The notes beneath the pieces were generated by a model. It was not told where the DNA came from. It saw nothing but the letters and a program-made list of their open reading frames with translations, and made no database searches. A DNA stretch of 63,852 nucleotides, counting the filler, from Aduncisulcus paluster (Eukaryota), in assembly GCA_024181965.1 (NCBI GenBank). It is 7 parts of 7 records of this genome, joined end to end, with 100 filler letters (N's around TTAATTAATTAA, not from the genome) between each part and the next. Parts side by side here need not be neighbours in the genome. Positions count along the whole stretch, not along the records: positions 17,562 to 28,261 come from BQXS01009693.1; positions 28,362 to 37,946 come from BQXS01009694.1; 5 more parts are not named here. One strand, 5' to 3'. Within the stretch, counting starts at the first letter, position 1. Each line of letters opens with the position of its first letter. A program made the translations under genes and the position numbers. Positions 22,704 through 34,418 of the stretch are shown in pieces.

Positions 22704-23225
22704 TATATAAAGACTAAGCGGTTCAAGAATGGTATTTTATCATCTTGTCTATTTTTGGACTTTCGACCGAATGAGAAATAAAAGGTTAACTCAATGATTA
22801 AGAACAAAGTTTACAAATTAAGAAATGAAAATGTGTTAATAATAAAAAACAAACTTAGTATTGCTATTATCATTATGGAATAAAGTAGAATACAAGAAGT
22901 AGAAAAAAATTGCTCTAAAGTCTGTATTTTGTCAATTTAATACTTTAAGATCCTCTTATCTTGATTGTTATGGAAATATAAGTTTTTATCTTGTGATATT
23001 CAATGTATTTCTGCAATATATAGCTTCCTAAGTGTTCTTTTTACTATCCCCCTGAAAAATAATATTATTGGAATATTATTGGCGAATTTTATTGAATTCT
23101 ATTATTTTAATATGTTTTTATTCCGTCGAATTATTTGGGAGTGTCTTTATCTCGTTTGTTTTGGTGACAAGTTGTCAACTGCTACTGACAGGTACTTGCC
23201 TCCAGATTGCTTTGTATCTGATTAA

Positions 23226-26200
23226 ATGGAAGCTCCTGATAAATCTGATTCTGACCCTCAGAAATTGGGCGAGGATGTGTTTGACATAGAATCACCAGAT
23301 GAAGAGACCACTCTTGATGAAGAAAGATCTCCACTTCCATTTTCGAAAGAAATTGGACTCAACCCGATCACGGATACGATATTTGATATGTCTCCGCCTT
23401 CTCCCCCTCCTTCGCCGATTTCTGCCGCTCAGTTATGTGGGGAAGATGAGAAGTGTATTGCTGAGTTCAATGAACTCCAAGTCACAATTCGAAAATCATT
23501 TGGAGCTCTCCAAGAGGAATTTGAAGTTGAAGAGCCCGGTGATGTTGTTCGACAATTAGGATCTCACTCAAAACAAATACACTTGGCAAAAACAGCTTCC
23601 TTCGACGCCCATATTGATCTTTTGACACAAGAAGTTAGTGATGCCATTCAAAAGGCGCTTCCTTTCCTAAATATGCAGCACCATGATGTTGTGGCTGCTC
23701 TTCATGAATCTGAAAAAATAATTCCCCAACGAGAAGAAAGCAGCGAGATGGAGAAACCCGAAACAAAAGCTTCACAAGCCAAAGAAGATACTTCCAAGAG
23801 TATGGCTGTGGCAGCCGCATCACATTTGTATCCGACTGGTTCTGCTACTTCCTCTGTACTTTCTCATCGTCCAACTCCCATTAGTACTCACCTTTTATCG
23901 ACATTATCTGAAATATACACAACCCCATCAATGGGAAGCAAAGTGAGTTTTGAACTGCGAGAACAGCAACATTCTGAAACTGAAGCTAAACCACCTGATG
24001 CTGTGTCTGGAACCATTCAAATTGACACCGATTATACTCCTGGAAGTTCAAGGTTAAGGAAAGATGGTAAGAAGCGGGTCGAAAGTTCTCGGTTGTCCAT
24101 TCCTTCCTCTCGGATGGAAAGAGCAAAGAAACTTGTCCGTGAAGAAGGTGACACCAAAGTTATCCCAGTTGATCCTGGATTATTGACATATGCTGCCTCA
24201 AAGGTTGGAAAGAGTGTGTTTGACGTTTGGATTAAGCATATGTCCAAGCAGATGATGAAAAGCAAACAACGTATGGATATTCTTCGTGATGAACATGTTA
24301 GTAGAAGAAAAAGTGCATCAACAAGCCGTTTATACCAGCTTATGTCGGAATATCTTCCTGAGACACGCCATTATATTCAAAAACATATTGTAAATCACCT
24401 TGAATATACCCTCGCCAAGAGTAGGTTCACCATTAACCCTCGTAGTGCCATGTATGCTGCCCAACTCAGTGTCCGAGACCGTTTGATTGAAACATTCAAT
24501 GATACAACACAGATTGTTAATATGAAATGCATAAAGAGAGCTTATTATTTAAGTATAGAGTACCTAATCGGAAGGAGCATGAGGGATAATTTGATTAATC
24601 TCCAACTTATGGGTCAATATGCAACAGCTCTTCTTGAATTAGGGTATTCTCTTGAGGATATGCTTGAGTTTGAAAGAGATCCCGGGCTTGGAAATGGTGG
24701 ACTTGGCCGATTGGCTGCTTGTTTCTTGGATTCCTTGACAACCCAGTCATATCCAGTGTGGGGATATGGTCTTCGTTATCAATATGGTATGTTCCGTCAA
24801 GAAATATTCAAAGGCAGACAGATTGAAATTCCTGATGTGTGGTTGTCTGGTGGAAATCCTTGGGAAATTGAGCGAAAAGATGTTCGGTATAAAGTACGTT
24901 TTGGAGGATTCGTTAGAGAATTGCCCAAAACTCCAACTCAGATCGTCTCTGAGCCTTGTTCTTGCACCTGGGAAGGAGGGAGTGTCGTCGATGCTGTTGC
25001 TTATGATTGGCCCATTTCTGGTTATGGAACATTCACCACAAATAACCTTAGATTATGGTCATCACGCCCAAATGAATTGTTTGATTTAGACTCATTTAAC
25101 AAAGGGAATTATGGTGAAATGTTGAAGGAAAGACAAGATGTCGAGCATTTATGTTCAGTTTTATACCCTGATGATTCAACAGAAGCTGGACGACTTCTCA
25201 GATTCAAACAACAATACTTTTTCGCTTCTGCAACGATGCAAGATATTATTCGAAGAGCTATTCACACAGGAAATCCTCTCACAAAATTGCCTTCACTTGC
25301 TGCTTGTCAACTTAATGATACTCATCCATCAATTTGCATCCCCGAATTGATGCGTCTTCTTGTTGATGTTCATGGAATGAGGTTTTTTACTGCCTGGGAT
25401 GTTTGTTCACATGTGTTTTCATATACTTGTCATACAATTCTTCCCGAAGCTCTTGAAACATGGCCTGTTTCTTTCTTTGAACGAGTTCTTCCACGTCATT
25501 TGAAGATAATATATGATATTAATTGGTTCTTCATCCAAGCTGTTAAAAGAAAGTATCCTGGGAATGAATCCATTATCAAAAGTCTCTCTCTCATCGATGA
25601 ATCTACTCCTCGCCGTGTCAGAATGAGCCATTTAGCCATTGTCGGAAGTCACAAAGTGAATGGTGTGGCACAATTGCACACAAATATCCTTAAAGAACAG
25701 ACATTCAAACCCTTTTTCCAATTGTTTCCAAGAAGATTCATCAATATCACCAATGGAGTCACTCCTAGACGTTGGCTTTTGAGCTGTAATCCATTCCTTA
25801 GTCAAATTATCAGTCACGTACTTGGAAGTAGAAATTGGGTGACTGATACCCGAGAGCTATCATTATTGCGATCTGCATGTCGCAGTCGATCTCTTCAACG
25901 ATTGTGGAGAGCTGCAAAGATTTTGAATAAGGAACGTCTCGCTGAGCATATTCAACAAACTCGAGGGATCTCTATTAGTCCCACATCCATGTTTGATATT
26001 CAGGTGAAGAGGATACATGAATACAAACGTCAGTTAATGCACGCTTTATTCATATTGCACAAATATCTCTGGATGAAATCTCAAGTTGAAGAAGCTGATG
26101 ATATCGATTGTGCAGAATTATTGCCTGGTGTTGTCTCTCGTGTTCATATATTTGCTGGAAAGGCAGCACCTGCCTATCACCGTGCAAAACAAATTATTTC

Positions 26201-26987
26201 TCTCATATGTGCCATTGCCAATCTTGTGAATAATGATCCTGATATTGGAAAAGCTCTCAAGGTTGTATTCCTTCCCAATTATTCTGTATCACTCGCTGAG
26301 ATTATTATCCCTGCCTCTGATGTTCATGAGCATATATCAACTGCCGGAACAGAAGCCTCTGGTACTTCTGTAATGAAATTTTGTTTCTCTGGTGGTCTTC
26401 TTCTTGGTACTCGTGATGGTGCAAGTATTGAAATTGCACAGGATGTCGGTGAAAAGAACGTATTCTTCTTTGGTGCTTCCTCTTCTGAGGTTGATAAAAC
26501 TCGACAATTATATGCCAAGAAAGAGAAACAAGAGAGTTTATGTGAAGAGTTGACAGAAGTCCTTGACTTTATTGAGGATCATAAACTCGACACTAATGGG
26601 CTTGCTTTGACTGACTGTTGTGGTTTCATGGATATAATTAAAGATCTCCGGGATGGACATGATTATTATTTGATCGCACATGATTTTAAGAGTTATATTG
26701 AAACACAAGCTAAGGTTGAATCATTATGGTTAAATCCAGATATTTGGGTTGAAAAAAGTATCTTGACAACAGCAGGAATGGGTCGTTTCTCTTCTGATAG
26801 AAGTACTGCTCAATATGCACGGAAAATATGGCACGTTCAACCGTACCCTTTGGTATGTGAAGTAGGCGATGAAAGACAATGGGAGCCAAAAGAGAAAACA
26901 AAAGGAATCAGGAGCAAGCTTGCCTCTTCCGGAATTCCAGATGAAGTTGAAAAAGAAGTAGAGATTGAAGAAGCTGCAGGGATGTAA
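23226..26987 (+). CDS. Glycogen/alpha-glucan phosphorylase (GT35) with long N-terminal extension
   Basis: YYLSIEYLIGR, GLGNGGLGRLAACFLDS, QLNDTHP, NGVTPRRW, QVKRIHEYKRQL, PLP-lysine motif EASGTSVMK, GRFSSDR. Confidence 0.97.
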   Translation: MEAPDKSDSDPQKLGEDVFDIESPDEETTLDEERSPLPFSKEIGLNPITDTIFDMSPPSPPPSPISAAQLCGEDEKCIAEFNELQVTIRKSFGALQEEFEVEEPGDVVRQLGSHSKQIHLAKTASFDAHIDLLTQEVSDAIQKALPFLNMQHHDVVAALHESEKIIPQREESSEMEKPETKASQAKEDTSKSMAVAAASHLYPTGSATSSVLSHRPTPISTHLLSTLSEIYTTPSMGSKVSFELREQQHSETEAKPPDAVSGTIQIDTDYTPGSSRLRKDGKKRVESSRLSIPSSRMERAKKLVREEGDTKVIPVDPGLLTYAASKVGKSVFDVWIKHMSKQMMKSKQRMDILRDEHVSRRKSASTSRLYQLMSEYLPETRHYIQKHIVNHLEYTLAKSRFTINPRSAMYAAQLSVRDRLIETFNDTTQIVNMKCIKRAYYLSIEYLIGRSMRDNLINLQLMGQYATALLELGYSLEDMLEFERDPGLGNGGLGRLAACFLDSLTTQSYPVWGYGLRYQYGMFRQEIFKGRQIEIPDVWLSGGNPWEIERKDVRYKVRFGGFVRELPKTPTQIVSEPCSCTWEGGSVVDAVAYDWPISGYGTFTTNNLRLWSSRPNELFDLDSFNKGNYGEMLKERQDVEHLCSVLYPDDSTEAGRLLRFKQQYFFASATMQDIIRRAIHTGNPLTKLPSLAACQLNDTHPSICIPELMRLLVDVHGMRFFTAWDVCSHVFSYTCHTILPEALETWPVSFFERVLPRHLKIIYDINWFFIQAVKRKYPGNESIIKSLSLIDESTPRRVRMSHLAIVGSHKVNGVAQLHTNILKEQTFKPFFQLFPRRFINITNGVTPRRWLLSCNPFLSQIISHVLGSRNWVTDTRELSLLRSACRSRSLQRLWRAAKILNKERLAEHIQQTRGISISPTSMFDIQVKRIHEYKRQLMHALFILHKYLWMKSQVEEADDIDCAELLPGVVSRVHIFAGKAAPAYHRAKQIISLICAIANLVNNDPDIGKALKVVFLPNYSVSLAEIIIPASDVHEHISTAGTEASGTSVMKFCFSGGLLLGTRDGASIEIAQDVGEKNVFFFGASSSEVDKTRQLYAKKEKQESLCEELTEVLDFIEDHKLDTNGLALTDCCGFMDIIKDLRDGHDYYLIAHDFKSYIETQAKVESLWLNPDIWVEKSILTTAGMGRFSSDRSTAQYARKIWHVQPYPLVCEVGDERQWEPKEKTKGIRSKLASSGIPDEVEKEVEIEEAAGM

Positions 26988-27547
26988 TTTGTCCCGTGTA
27001 TTTCAATCACTGGATTTATATTCCTTCAAATTTTTATTTCCTTTCATAATAATGGTGAAGGACGGAGTTGTTCAGATGATTTTTCTTCAATCCAAATTTC
27101 ATTTTTTCTCTATATCATCCTTCTTCACTCTTGAATTTTTAACCTCAAAAATATCTTTGTATGGGTAATTCTGATCATAGTTCAGGTTCGATTTAAGAAT
27201 GTCTCTATTACAGTGCCGAAATAACAATGTTCTCAGAACTTCATATTCAATGGTCGAGCATATTAATTAATTGAGTTTTACTGACAGCCTCGTGGAACCA
27301 GTTGGATTCACGCTTTACGTTGGACAAATATTTCTTGGCCAAGTCCTCTCTAGACAAATTTTTATTTGATTAGTACGTCAAAAATTATCCAAACTTTATT
27401 GTTGATATCATTATTATTCCAAGTTACGGGCAGTAATAAAGCAATGTGATTCGATTATGACTGATCCAATGTATGAACTGCCGAAACTCTCCAATTGTAA
27501 GTATTATTAACATAAAAATAGACTATTAGATCTGTTTAACAGATCTG

Positions 27548-28261
27548 TTATCTAATAGACTTATGAATTGCTAGCTCGGCTCGAAGTTTTCTTTCTTTCT
27601 CAATGTTTTGGCTCAATGCTTGAATTTTTTGCTGCAAAACTCTAATTTCAACAAGCATCTTTGTTTTTTCTCTTCCCATTGATACATTCCTCATCCTCAA
27701 CGTTTCAAGCTCAGCCTTTCCATGTTCAATCACTGACTCGAGTCTTGCACACTCACGAGAAAGGGTCGAGTTCTCCTTTTCAACAATAGAAAATGACTCT
27801 CTCATGCGTTTTAGCGAAGATACAGTCTCATGCAATTTACCTTGAAGCTCAGCCTGCGATTGACAGGATTTCTTTGAAATACGACGGGATTTCTCAAGCT
27901 CAGTGAGAATCCGTTCCTTTGATTGTTTTTCTTGCTCAAGCTTATCTTCTAAATTCATAATCTCCACAGTTTGGCGAGCATTTGTGGCTGACAATTCGGT
28001 CAACTCTTTCTCAAGTTGTTCCAATTGACCCCGTTGAGCTCCAAAATCTGTTTTATGTTGAGATTCCCGCTTGGTTGCATCGCTAAGACGTTTTTGGAGC
28101 CTTTTCATCTTCACAAATCGTTCTGTTGAGAGTCTTTCGGAATGTGGCAGATCCGCCTTCATTCTTCCAATTCTCTCAATGAGCCGAGTGTTATTTTCGG
28201 ATTCATGTTTCAGACGTCCCTCAAGTTCCTTAATTCTTGTTGAATAATGAGTCTGATATTT
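27548..28261 (-). CDS. Coiled-coil protein, C-terminal part (5'-partial)
   Basis: Heptad-rich E/K/L/Q ORF that runs up to the scaffold edge. Confidence 0.7.
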   Translation of the reverse strand, partial: KYQTHYSTRIKELEGRLKHESENNTRLIERIGRMKADLPHSERLSTERFVKMKRLQKRLSDATKRESQHKTDFGAQRGQLEQLEKELTELSATNARQTVEIMNLEDKLEQEKQSKERILTELEKSRRISKKSCQSQAELQGKLHETVSSLKRMRESFSIVEKENSTLSRECARLESVIEHGKAELETLRMRNVSMGREKTKMLVEIRVLQQKIQALSQNIEKERKLRAELAIHKSIR

Positions 28262-28462
28262 NNNNNNNNNNNNNNNNNNNNNNNNNNNNNNNNNNNNNNN
28301 NNNNNTTAATTAATTAANNNNNNNNNNNNNNNNNNNNNNNNNNNNNNNNNNNNNNNNNNNNGAGATTCTACTAGTCTATACGGGTATGAGACCGTATCCA
28401 TATATTCACGTCCCCTAGCCTCACCCTATGTGATAGTCGCAGCCATTGTTAAGCTTATTCCT

Positions 28463-30190
28463 ATGACAGATTCCCTGGATCAGTTGAGTATTGCTGACTC
28501 GGAAGGGGAGGGGATGAAAGATCGAGCTAGATCCAAATCAGACGCAATCAATGCTCTGTATTCAATGTGCTCTATTTGTGAAAGGGAGTATAAGAACAGA
28601 ATGGAAGCCATTGCCAAGCTTAAAGAAATGAAACACAGAGACGAGATTCCATGTGATGCTGCAGTACAATTCCCTTTTACTCCCTATTCCCATTTCTCTA
28701 ACTTTGATGCTCTGATGGCTTTGTATAGAATTGAACCGTTGTTTGAGTGGTACGATGACACTCTAAAAGAATTGATCTTATCCTCCTTTGTGGATATTAT
28801 CCCTGCGTTTGGATCTACAGAGTATGACGAACTCGTTCAACGCACAAATGATCACCATTTTGAATCTGTCAATCTATTTGACCAAGGTTCGATTTCAACT
28901 GTTGAGATGCTGTGTTTACCTCCAGTTGTCTCGAGATGCATTCATCTTGAAACTCTTGAGTTATCCCTAGATAATTCTTACAAAGTTATGTATTTTTTGA
29001 ATGAGCTCGTACTTGGGAATGCTTTAGTCAATTTGAAGAGACTTTCAATCAGTGGCTGCACGATTACTCATTCCCTTGTTCCAGTGTTTGTTTCTATTTT
29101 TAGAAAGGAGGCATTCATTGATATTGATGACCTTGACTCTCGTGTCTCTCGCCCTGATAGTTTCAGGTCTCTTGAGGAACTCTCTTTGGAACGATTTGTT
29201 CATGACGACCTTTACAAGCAGGAGATCGAGGATATTTGCTGTGCATTGGAAGGGTATGTTCCCACTTTGAAAGTTCTTTGCACTGAGGATTGTGAATTCG
29301 ATGCAAAACAAAGCCTTCGTTTGTTAAACTGTGGACCAATGGTAACCAAGCTTCAAATTGACCCTGAATTTGATACCAAGGAAGAGGTTCTTGAATTTGC
29401 TTCCCGAATTCGTCATTGTGTCAATTTGACCTCAATTAGGATTGGCTACACTTCGGCTGGGATTCGGTATGGTGGATTAATTCCGGCTTTGGAATGTCTC
29501 TCAAAGGTTAGATCTCTCGATCTTCACAACTTTCCTGGGTTTTTCGTGGATGATTCTGGCTCTACCCATTACTTTGGGGATGTAATTAAAAACATGCCAA
29601 TGTTATCTGAATTAGAAATGTCAAATTTTTCTTTTATAATTGAAAAAAGTGTTGAGAAACTTGTTGATGGACTCTGTGATGGTCCTAAACGCTTAACTGA
29701 ACTGCGATTGTACAATGTGAAATTTCCTCCAACACAATGCATTGACCATTTTGCAAGATTTCTCAGTGCTCCGAGGACATGTGAAAGTCTGATTGAATTG
29801 TCTCTTGAATTGAAATTTGATCGAGATTTTGATCGTGACGAACTTCGAGCCTCATGTGGAAGTCTTGTTGAATTTCCTCAAGCTTTTGCCGGACTTTCTC
29901 ACCTCAAAACTTGCAGGTTTCAAGGTATTCCTGCACTTGATTTGCCTAGTTTTAAGGTCTTTGTTGATAGCATTTCTTCCCTCGAAGCTATAACTGATGT
30001 TGAAGTGTATGATTGTCCTTTCATTGGAGATGAGGGTCTTATGTACATTGCTGAAGCCTATAAAGACAAACCCAAGGATGAATACTTCATAACCTTGAGA
30101 CGAATTGGTTGCTCAGGGGATATTTCTCCTCGTGAGATAAAGAAGATATCAAATTACAATGTTCGGTATTACCAAGATAAAAGAATGTAG
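28463..30190 (+). CDS. RNI-like leucine-rich repeat protein
   Basis: Repeated LxxLxL units (LETLELSL, LKRLSISG, LEELSLE, VRSLDLHN, LSELEMSN, LTELRLYN, IGDEG). Confidence 0.75.
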   Translation: MTDSLDQLSIADSEGEGMKDRARSKSDAINALYSMCSICEREYKNRMEAIAKLKEMKHRDEIPCDAAVQFPFTPYSHFSNFDALMALYRIEPLFEWYDDTLKELILSSFVDIIPAFGSTEYDELVQRTNDHHFESVNLFDQGSISTVEMLCLPPVVSRCIHLETLELSLDNSYKVMYFLNELVLGNALVNLKRLSISGCTITHSLVPVFVSIFRKEAFIDIDDLDSRVSRPDSFRSLEELSLERFVHDDLYKQEIEDICCALEGYVPTLKVLCTEDCEFDAKQSLRLLNCGPMVTKLQIDPEFDTKEEVLEFASRIRHCVNLTSIRIGYTSAGIRYGGLIPALECLSKVRSLDLHNFPGFFVDDSGSTHYFGDVIKNMPMLSELEMSNFSFIIEKSVEKLVDGLCDGPKRLTELRLYNVKFPPTQCIDHFARFLSAPRTCESLIELSLELKFDRDFDRDELRASCGSLVEFPQAFAGLSHLKTCRFQGIPALDLPSFKVFVDSISSLEAITDVEVYDCPFIGDEGLMYIAEAYKDKPKDEYFITLRRIGCSGDISPREIKKISNYNVRYYQDKRM

Positions 30191-30423
30191 ACTCTACATT
30201 GTAGAGCCTCTGTCTAAGTTCGTTATGTTATTCGTTTTACAAATATTTGTTTATTTCTATCAATAATATCGATATCAATTACTAATTACGTGAGAAATTA
30301 ATACAAATAATTAATAATTAATAGTTATTTTGAGTTGTCTAGTTTTCATTTCACTTCAGATTGAAAATAATGTTCGGTCTTCAGAGATCGTTGAATTAAT
30401 CTGATATTGAATAAATTTGAATT

Positions 30424-31740
30424 TCATTTTTCTTCGGGCTCTTCTTTGACTGTTTTTTCTTGAGTTTTTATCGTGATATCCTGCTTTACAAAGACCAATG
30501 ATTCAAGATAAAAACATCTACTCTGTTTGAAAGCCCAACGTCCTTTTCCCTTCACCTCACAAGAAACAACGCCAGAGAGAGCAATAGGGAGGAAATTCCA
30601 TTCAAAATCAAATATTGACCCTGGATAAGGGTAAGGGAATTCATATTTTCTACAAATTTTAGTGCCATCGTCGAGTGTGAATATGAATAGAAGTGACGGT
30701 GAACTCTTGTATTTTGCAATTGAAATGAGAGCCCCTTTCAAAGAACTTGGGGAAGAGAAAGGAATGGTAAGATGAGAAAACCAAACATCAGATTTCCCAA
30801 CCAACATTCTTTGAGCATTTTCACTCTCGTCGTAGTACTCAGATTGGGGCCCATATGCATCATTCGTGGCCGTTACCATGGAAACATGAGGAAATACAAT
30901 CCTGGGATCGTCAAAGGGAATGATAGGAGAGAATCGAGAACCCTCACGAAGAAATTGAGGTTTCATGGATGTCTGAAAGAAACATAAATATATTCAAATA
31001 AAGAATCATGATTAGAGAAAAAAAAGATTATAATATATTAAAATGTTGCTATTCACTGTAAAATATATAAAAAAAATTCAAACATACCGCAGTCGACCAC
31101 AATTTCTTTAGGGAAATTTTTTCAACTTTTCGTGCAGAAAATTCCTCTGGAGAATCTTTTCGAACAAAGAATAGAGAAATCATCGAGAAATTCTTATTTT
31201 TCTTCCCTTCTTCGCCTTCACCATCATAAATAAAAGTAATCTCACATTTAACAATGTCAGATAGATCAATACGGGCAAAAAACCAGCTTTCATGGAATTC
31301 TGATCCAGGAATAACGCATTTTTTTGTCAAAACATGCCCAAATTCATCATAAAAATCAAATTTAAGATTCTTAAAATAGTCTTTCCTTTCCACACAAAAA
31401 CAAATTCCATTGATTTGAGAGGGGGATGAAAAATGAAATTGCAAAAAGGAAAATTTCCCACTATTATGATCTCCAGATATCATTCTTCGAGCTTGAGAGG
31501 ATTGATCATAATCTTCAGTTCCTATTTTGGAAAGATCAATTGCAACGATTTTTGCTAGATCTTGATCAATAATAGATGGATCATCACGAGCTATAGGGCC
31601 ACAAATATCATCTCCAGGATATAAAAATTCAAAATACAGCTAATAGAACGAAAATAAGAAATAGAAAAAATAAGATGGGATTGATAATAAAATAAAGGAA
31701 TAAATGGACGTACTTCCCCTATTTGTTCTAATGAACTCAT
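30424..31740 (-). CDS. Two-copy lineage-specific domain protein; exons 31714-31740, 31088-31639, 30424-30972
   Basis: MSSLEQIGE, GTACGT..TAG, LYFEFLYPGDD...KKLWSTA, GTATGT..CAG, TSMKPQFLREG. Both introns are phase 0 and the motif matches 15311-16372. Confidence 0.85.
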
Positions 31741-31928
31741 TTATAAGAGATGAATATGTGTCTAAGGTGTCAAAAAAAGAGGGATTTGCCTACACGTAGC
31801 ATCTATTTGAGAAAAATACAAATTCCAAAAAGATCAAATAATATATGATCCCATTTGATTGAATATGATTTAAATTTCGCTTTATCCTTCTGATAGCAAC
31901 ACTTTTTGAAAACTATCTATAAAATGAT

Positions 31929-34101
31929 TTATTTGCCCCATACATCCATGATTGGCCTCCAAACCATCATTCTATTCTCCTCTTCTGTTGATAATATTGT
32001 GCAAGGATAGTGAGGTGAGAAAGATACATCTGTGATTCCACTCATGTGACCTGCATGAATAAATACAAGCCGTTTATCGAACAATTTGGCTTCATCTTGA
32101 GCTTTCTGATATATATATTGTTCGACATCCTCTTGTCCACCAAATTCTAACCTGGATTCAGTGCAAGATTCTTTCTTTCCAAACATTGGTTGTCCTCCAA
32201 TATCGTTAGTTCCCCATATATTCCACAGACCCACACAGCTATCTCTGGAGCCACTTGCCAAGAGTCCTGTAAATAAATCCCAATCAAGGGAATCGACACT
32301 GTCGCTGTGGTACACAAGGACTGTTTCAGGGGTATCAGAAGGTGAGAATAGAGAGTGGATATAAATATCTCCAGCCTGAGTTCCACAGGCAACATATTGT
32401 GGTGAATGTGGACAAATAGCAATGGAATTGATGGCACATAAGGGGTTTGAAGGGGAAAATATGGTATCTTTAGTCTTTCCACGAGAAGAAGAGGTGGGTT
32501 TGTTTGTTGGAGATATGACATTTTCTTCCTCTTTCTCTTCTTCTTTCTCTTCCTCTTTCTCTTCTTTTTCGTCTGCAATTGACATTTCATCTTCAATTTC
32601 GAGTGTGAGATCATCCTTTGTCTTCACAAGGCCACAATCATCCCTCCCACCCAAGGTTCTGCATGATTTCGTCGAAATACAAGTTAGAGAGCTCTTTGAT
32701 TCATCCCATTGCCAAGCCTTCATCTTTCCTTCTTCTCCTCCACTCAGCAATAAGGTTGGAATAGAAGGACACGTGTTAAGACAATTCACAATATCTGAAT
32801 GGGCATCAGAAACAGAACAAATGGGGGTCAAAATATCACTATCTGTGAATTTAATTGTCTTTGTAAAAGATGAAGTTTCCTTTGGTTTGTCTGTGGTACA
32901 TTCTTGAACTTGAAGTTCTTCACCAGATTCTTTCTCATCTTTGGGTTTAGAGTCAATCTCGATTAACTCCGACTCGATCGATGGAACTTTATAAATATGA
33001 ATTCCACCATTCTCATCACCAAGGGCAAAACAAAGACTCTTGTGGAACCAGACCATTGCAAATGAATCTCCAAGAGGGTTTGGACATTCAATCACAAGGT
33101 TTGCATGGAATCTATCGAGTGGATTCAACAAACCTCCGGCACCTGGTTGTCTACGAATGTCAAGGATATAGGCACATGTGTTGGTAGTCGTACGAAGTGG
33201 GGGATAAGGGGAAACAGGGGGGAACTCTTCAATTTCTGGCTGTTTGGATTTCGATTTCTTGGATTCTTTCTTAACTTTCTTAGGTTTCTTTGGAGTTGAT
33301 TCTTTAGGAGTCTTTGGAGTCTTTGGAGTCTTCGGAGTTTTAGGCGTCTTTGGAGTTTTGGGAGTCTTAGGAGCTTTCTTTTTACGTCCTTTTTTCTTCC
33401 CTGGTTCAATATACTCCTCGCCCTCTTCTTTTAACCTCTTTTCTTCTTCTAATTTCTGCAACCTCTCTTCTTCTTCTTTTTTCTTTCTCTTCTTCTTCTT
33501 GTTTCAACCTTTCTTCCTCGAGTCTCTTCTTTTCCTCTTCTTCTCTCTTTCTTTCTTCTTCAATTCTCTTTTTTTCTTCTTCTTTCCGCTTCCTTTCTTC
33601 CTCTTCTGCTTTTTTTGTCTTCCACTCTTCTACTTGCTTTTCCCATTCCATCAAATCAATGGATTCCTTCTCTAAATCTTGAGGACCTCGGACAAGGACC
33701 AAATGTTCAGCAACGGGACACATCCTCGCCCGATTCACTTCACTGCAACATAACACTTTATGAACACCCTCTAATGAGCAAAATGATTTGTCATCAAGAG
33801 ATCCATAACCACCAACTTCGTCATCATTAGCGGAAACTGAGATATGAGCATCATCAGAGGGTAAAGTCAAATTCCACAGCATAAGATGATCTGTATCTTG
33901 CTTAGATGTATTGGTACCCAATATTAAGGACATTTGATCCTTTCCTTCTTGTGATTTATCTATCTTTCTTGACCATTCAGCGGTCAAAGAAGGCCATGTT
34001 AACGATTTGAGGAAAAGGAGATCATAGAGAAATAAAGAATTCTTTTTCCATATAGCATATTGCTCATCTCTGCATTCTTGTTCAAATTCCTCCTCATCCA
34101 T
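31929..34101 (-). CDS. RBBP4: Histone-binding WD40 protein RBBP4/MSI1/CAF-1C with large inserts; frame break near 33480
   Basis: YAIWKKNSLFLYD, LTWPSLTAEW, LILGTNTS, EVNRARMCP, LASGSRD, LVFIHAGHMSGITDVSFSP, STEEENRMMVW. Confidence 0.88.
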
Positions 34102-34418
34102 GGCGCAATGGCGACAAAAACGCGAGAAGAGCCCATAGTTTTGTGTATGAGAGAAAATATAATGAAAAATTCAAAAAACACAATCCAAATTTATAGTAAG
34201 AATAAAAGTGTGGATTGATAGCTGAATATTTTTAAAGAACCGCTCTGAAAGCATGATTCGAGATATCTTGTGTATTTTACAAGATCTATACATAAAAATT
34301 TAAAAAATGCCTTCAATAATAAGATAAATTTATTTTCAATATGGCATTTGAACAATTTTTAACAGCAATACGATGGAATAGGATGTCCGTGCAAGAATAG
34401 GATACTTTCAGCTTAGAA

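Noticed and set aside
1804-26987. Alternative genetic code (TAR=Gln as in hexamitid diplomonads)
   Set aside because: RPC25, eL18, eL29, DPH1 and phosphorylase end at TAA or TAG at plausible positions and contain no in-frame TAR.
27400-27505. Minus-strand ATACTTAC suggesting U1 snRNA
   Set aside because: No convincing U1 stems, 70K loop or correctly placed Sm site; the region reads better as decayed coding sequence.
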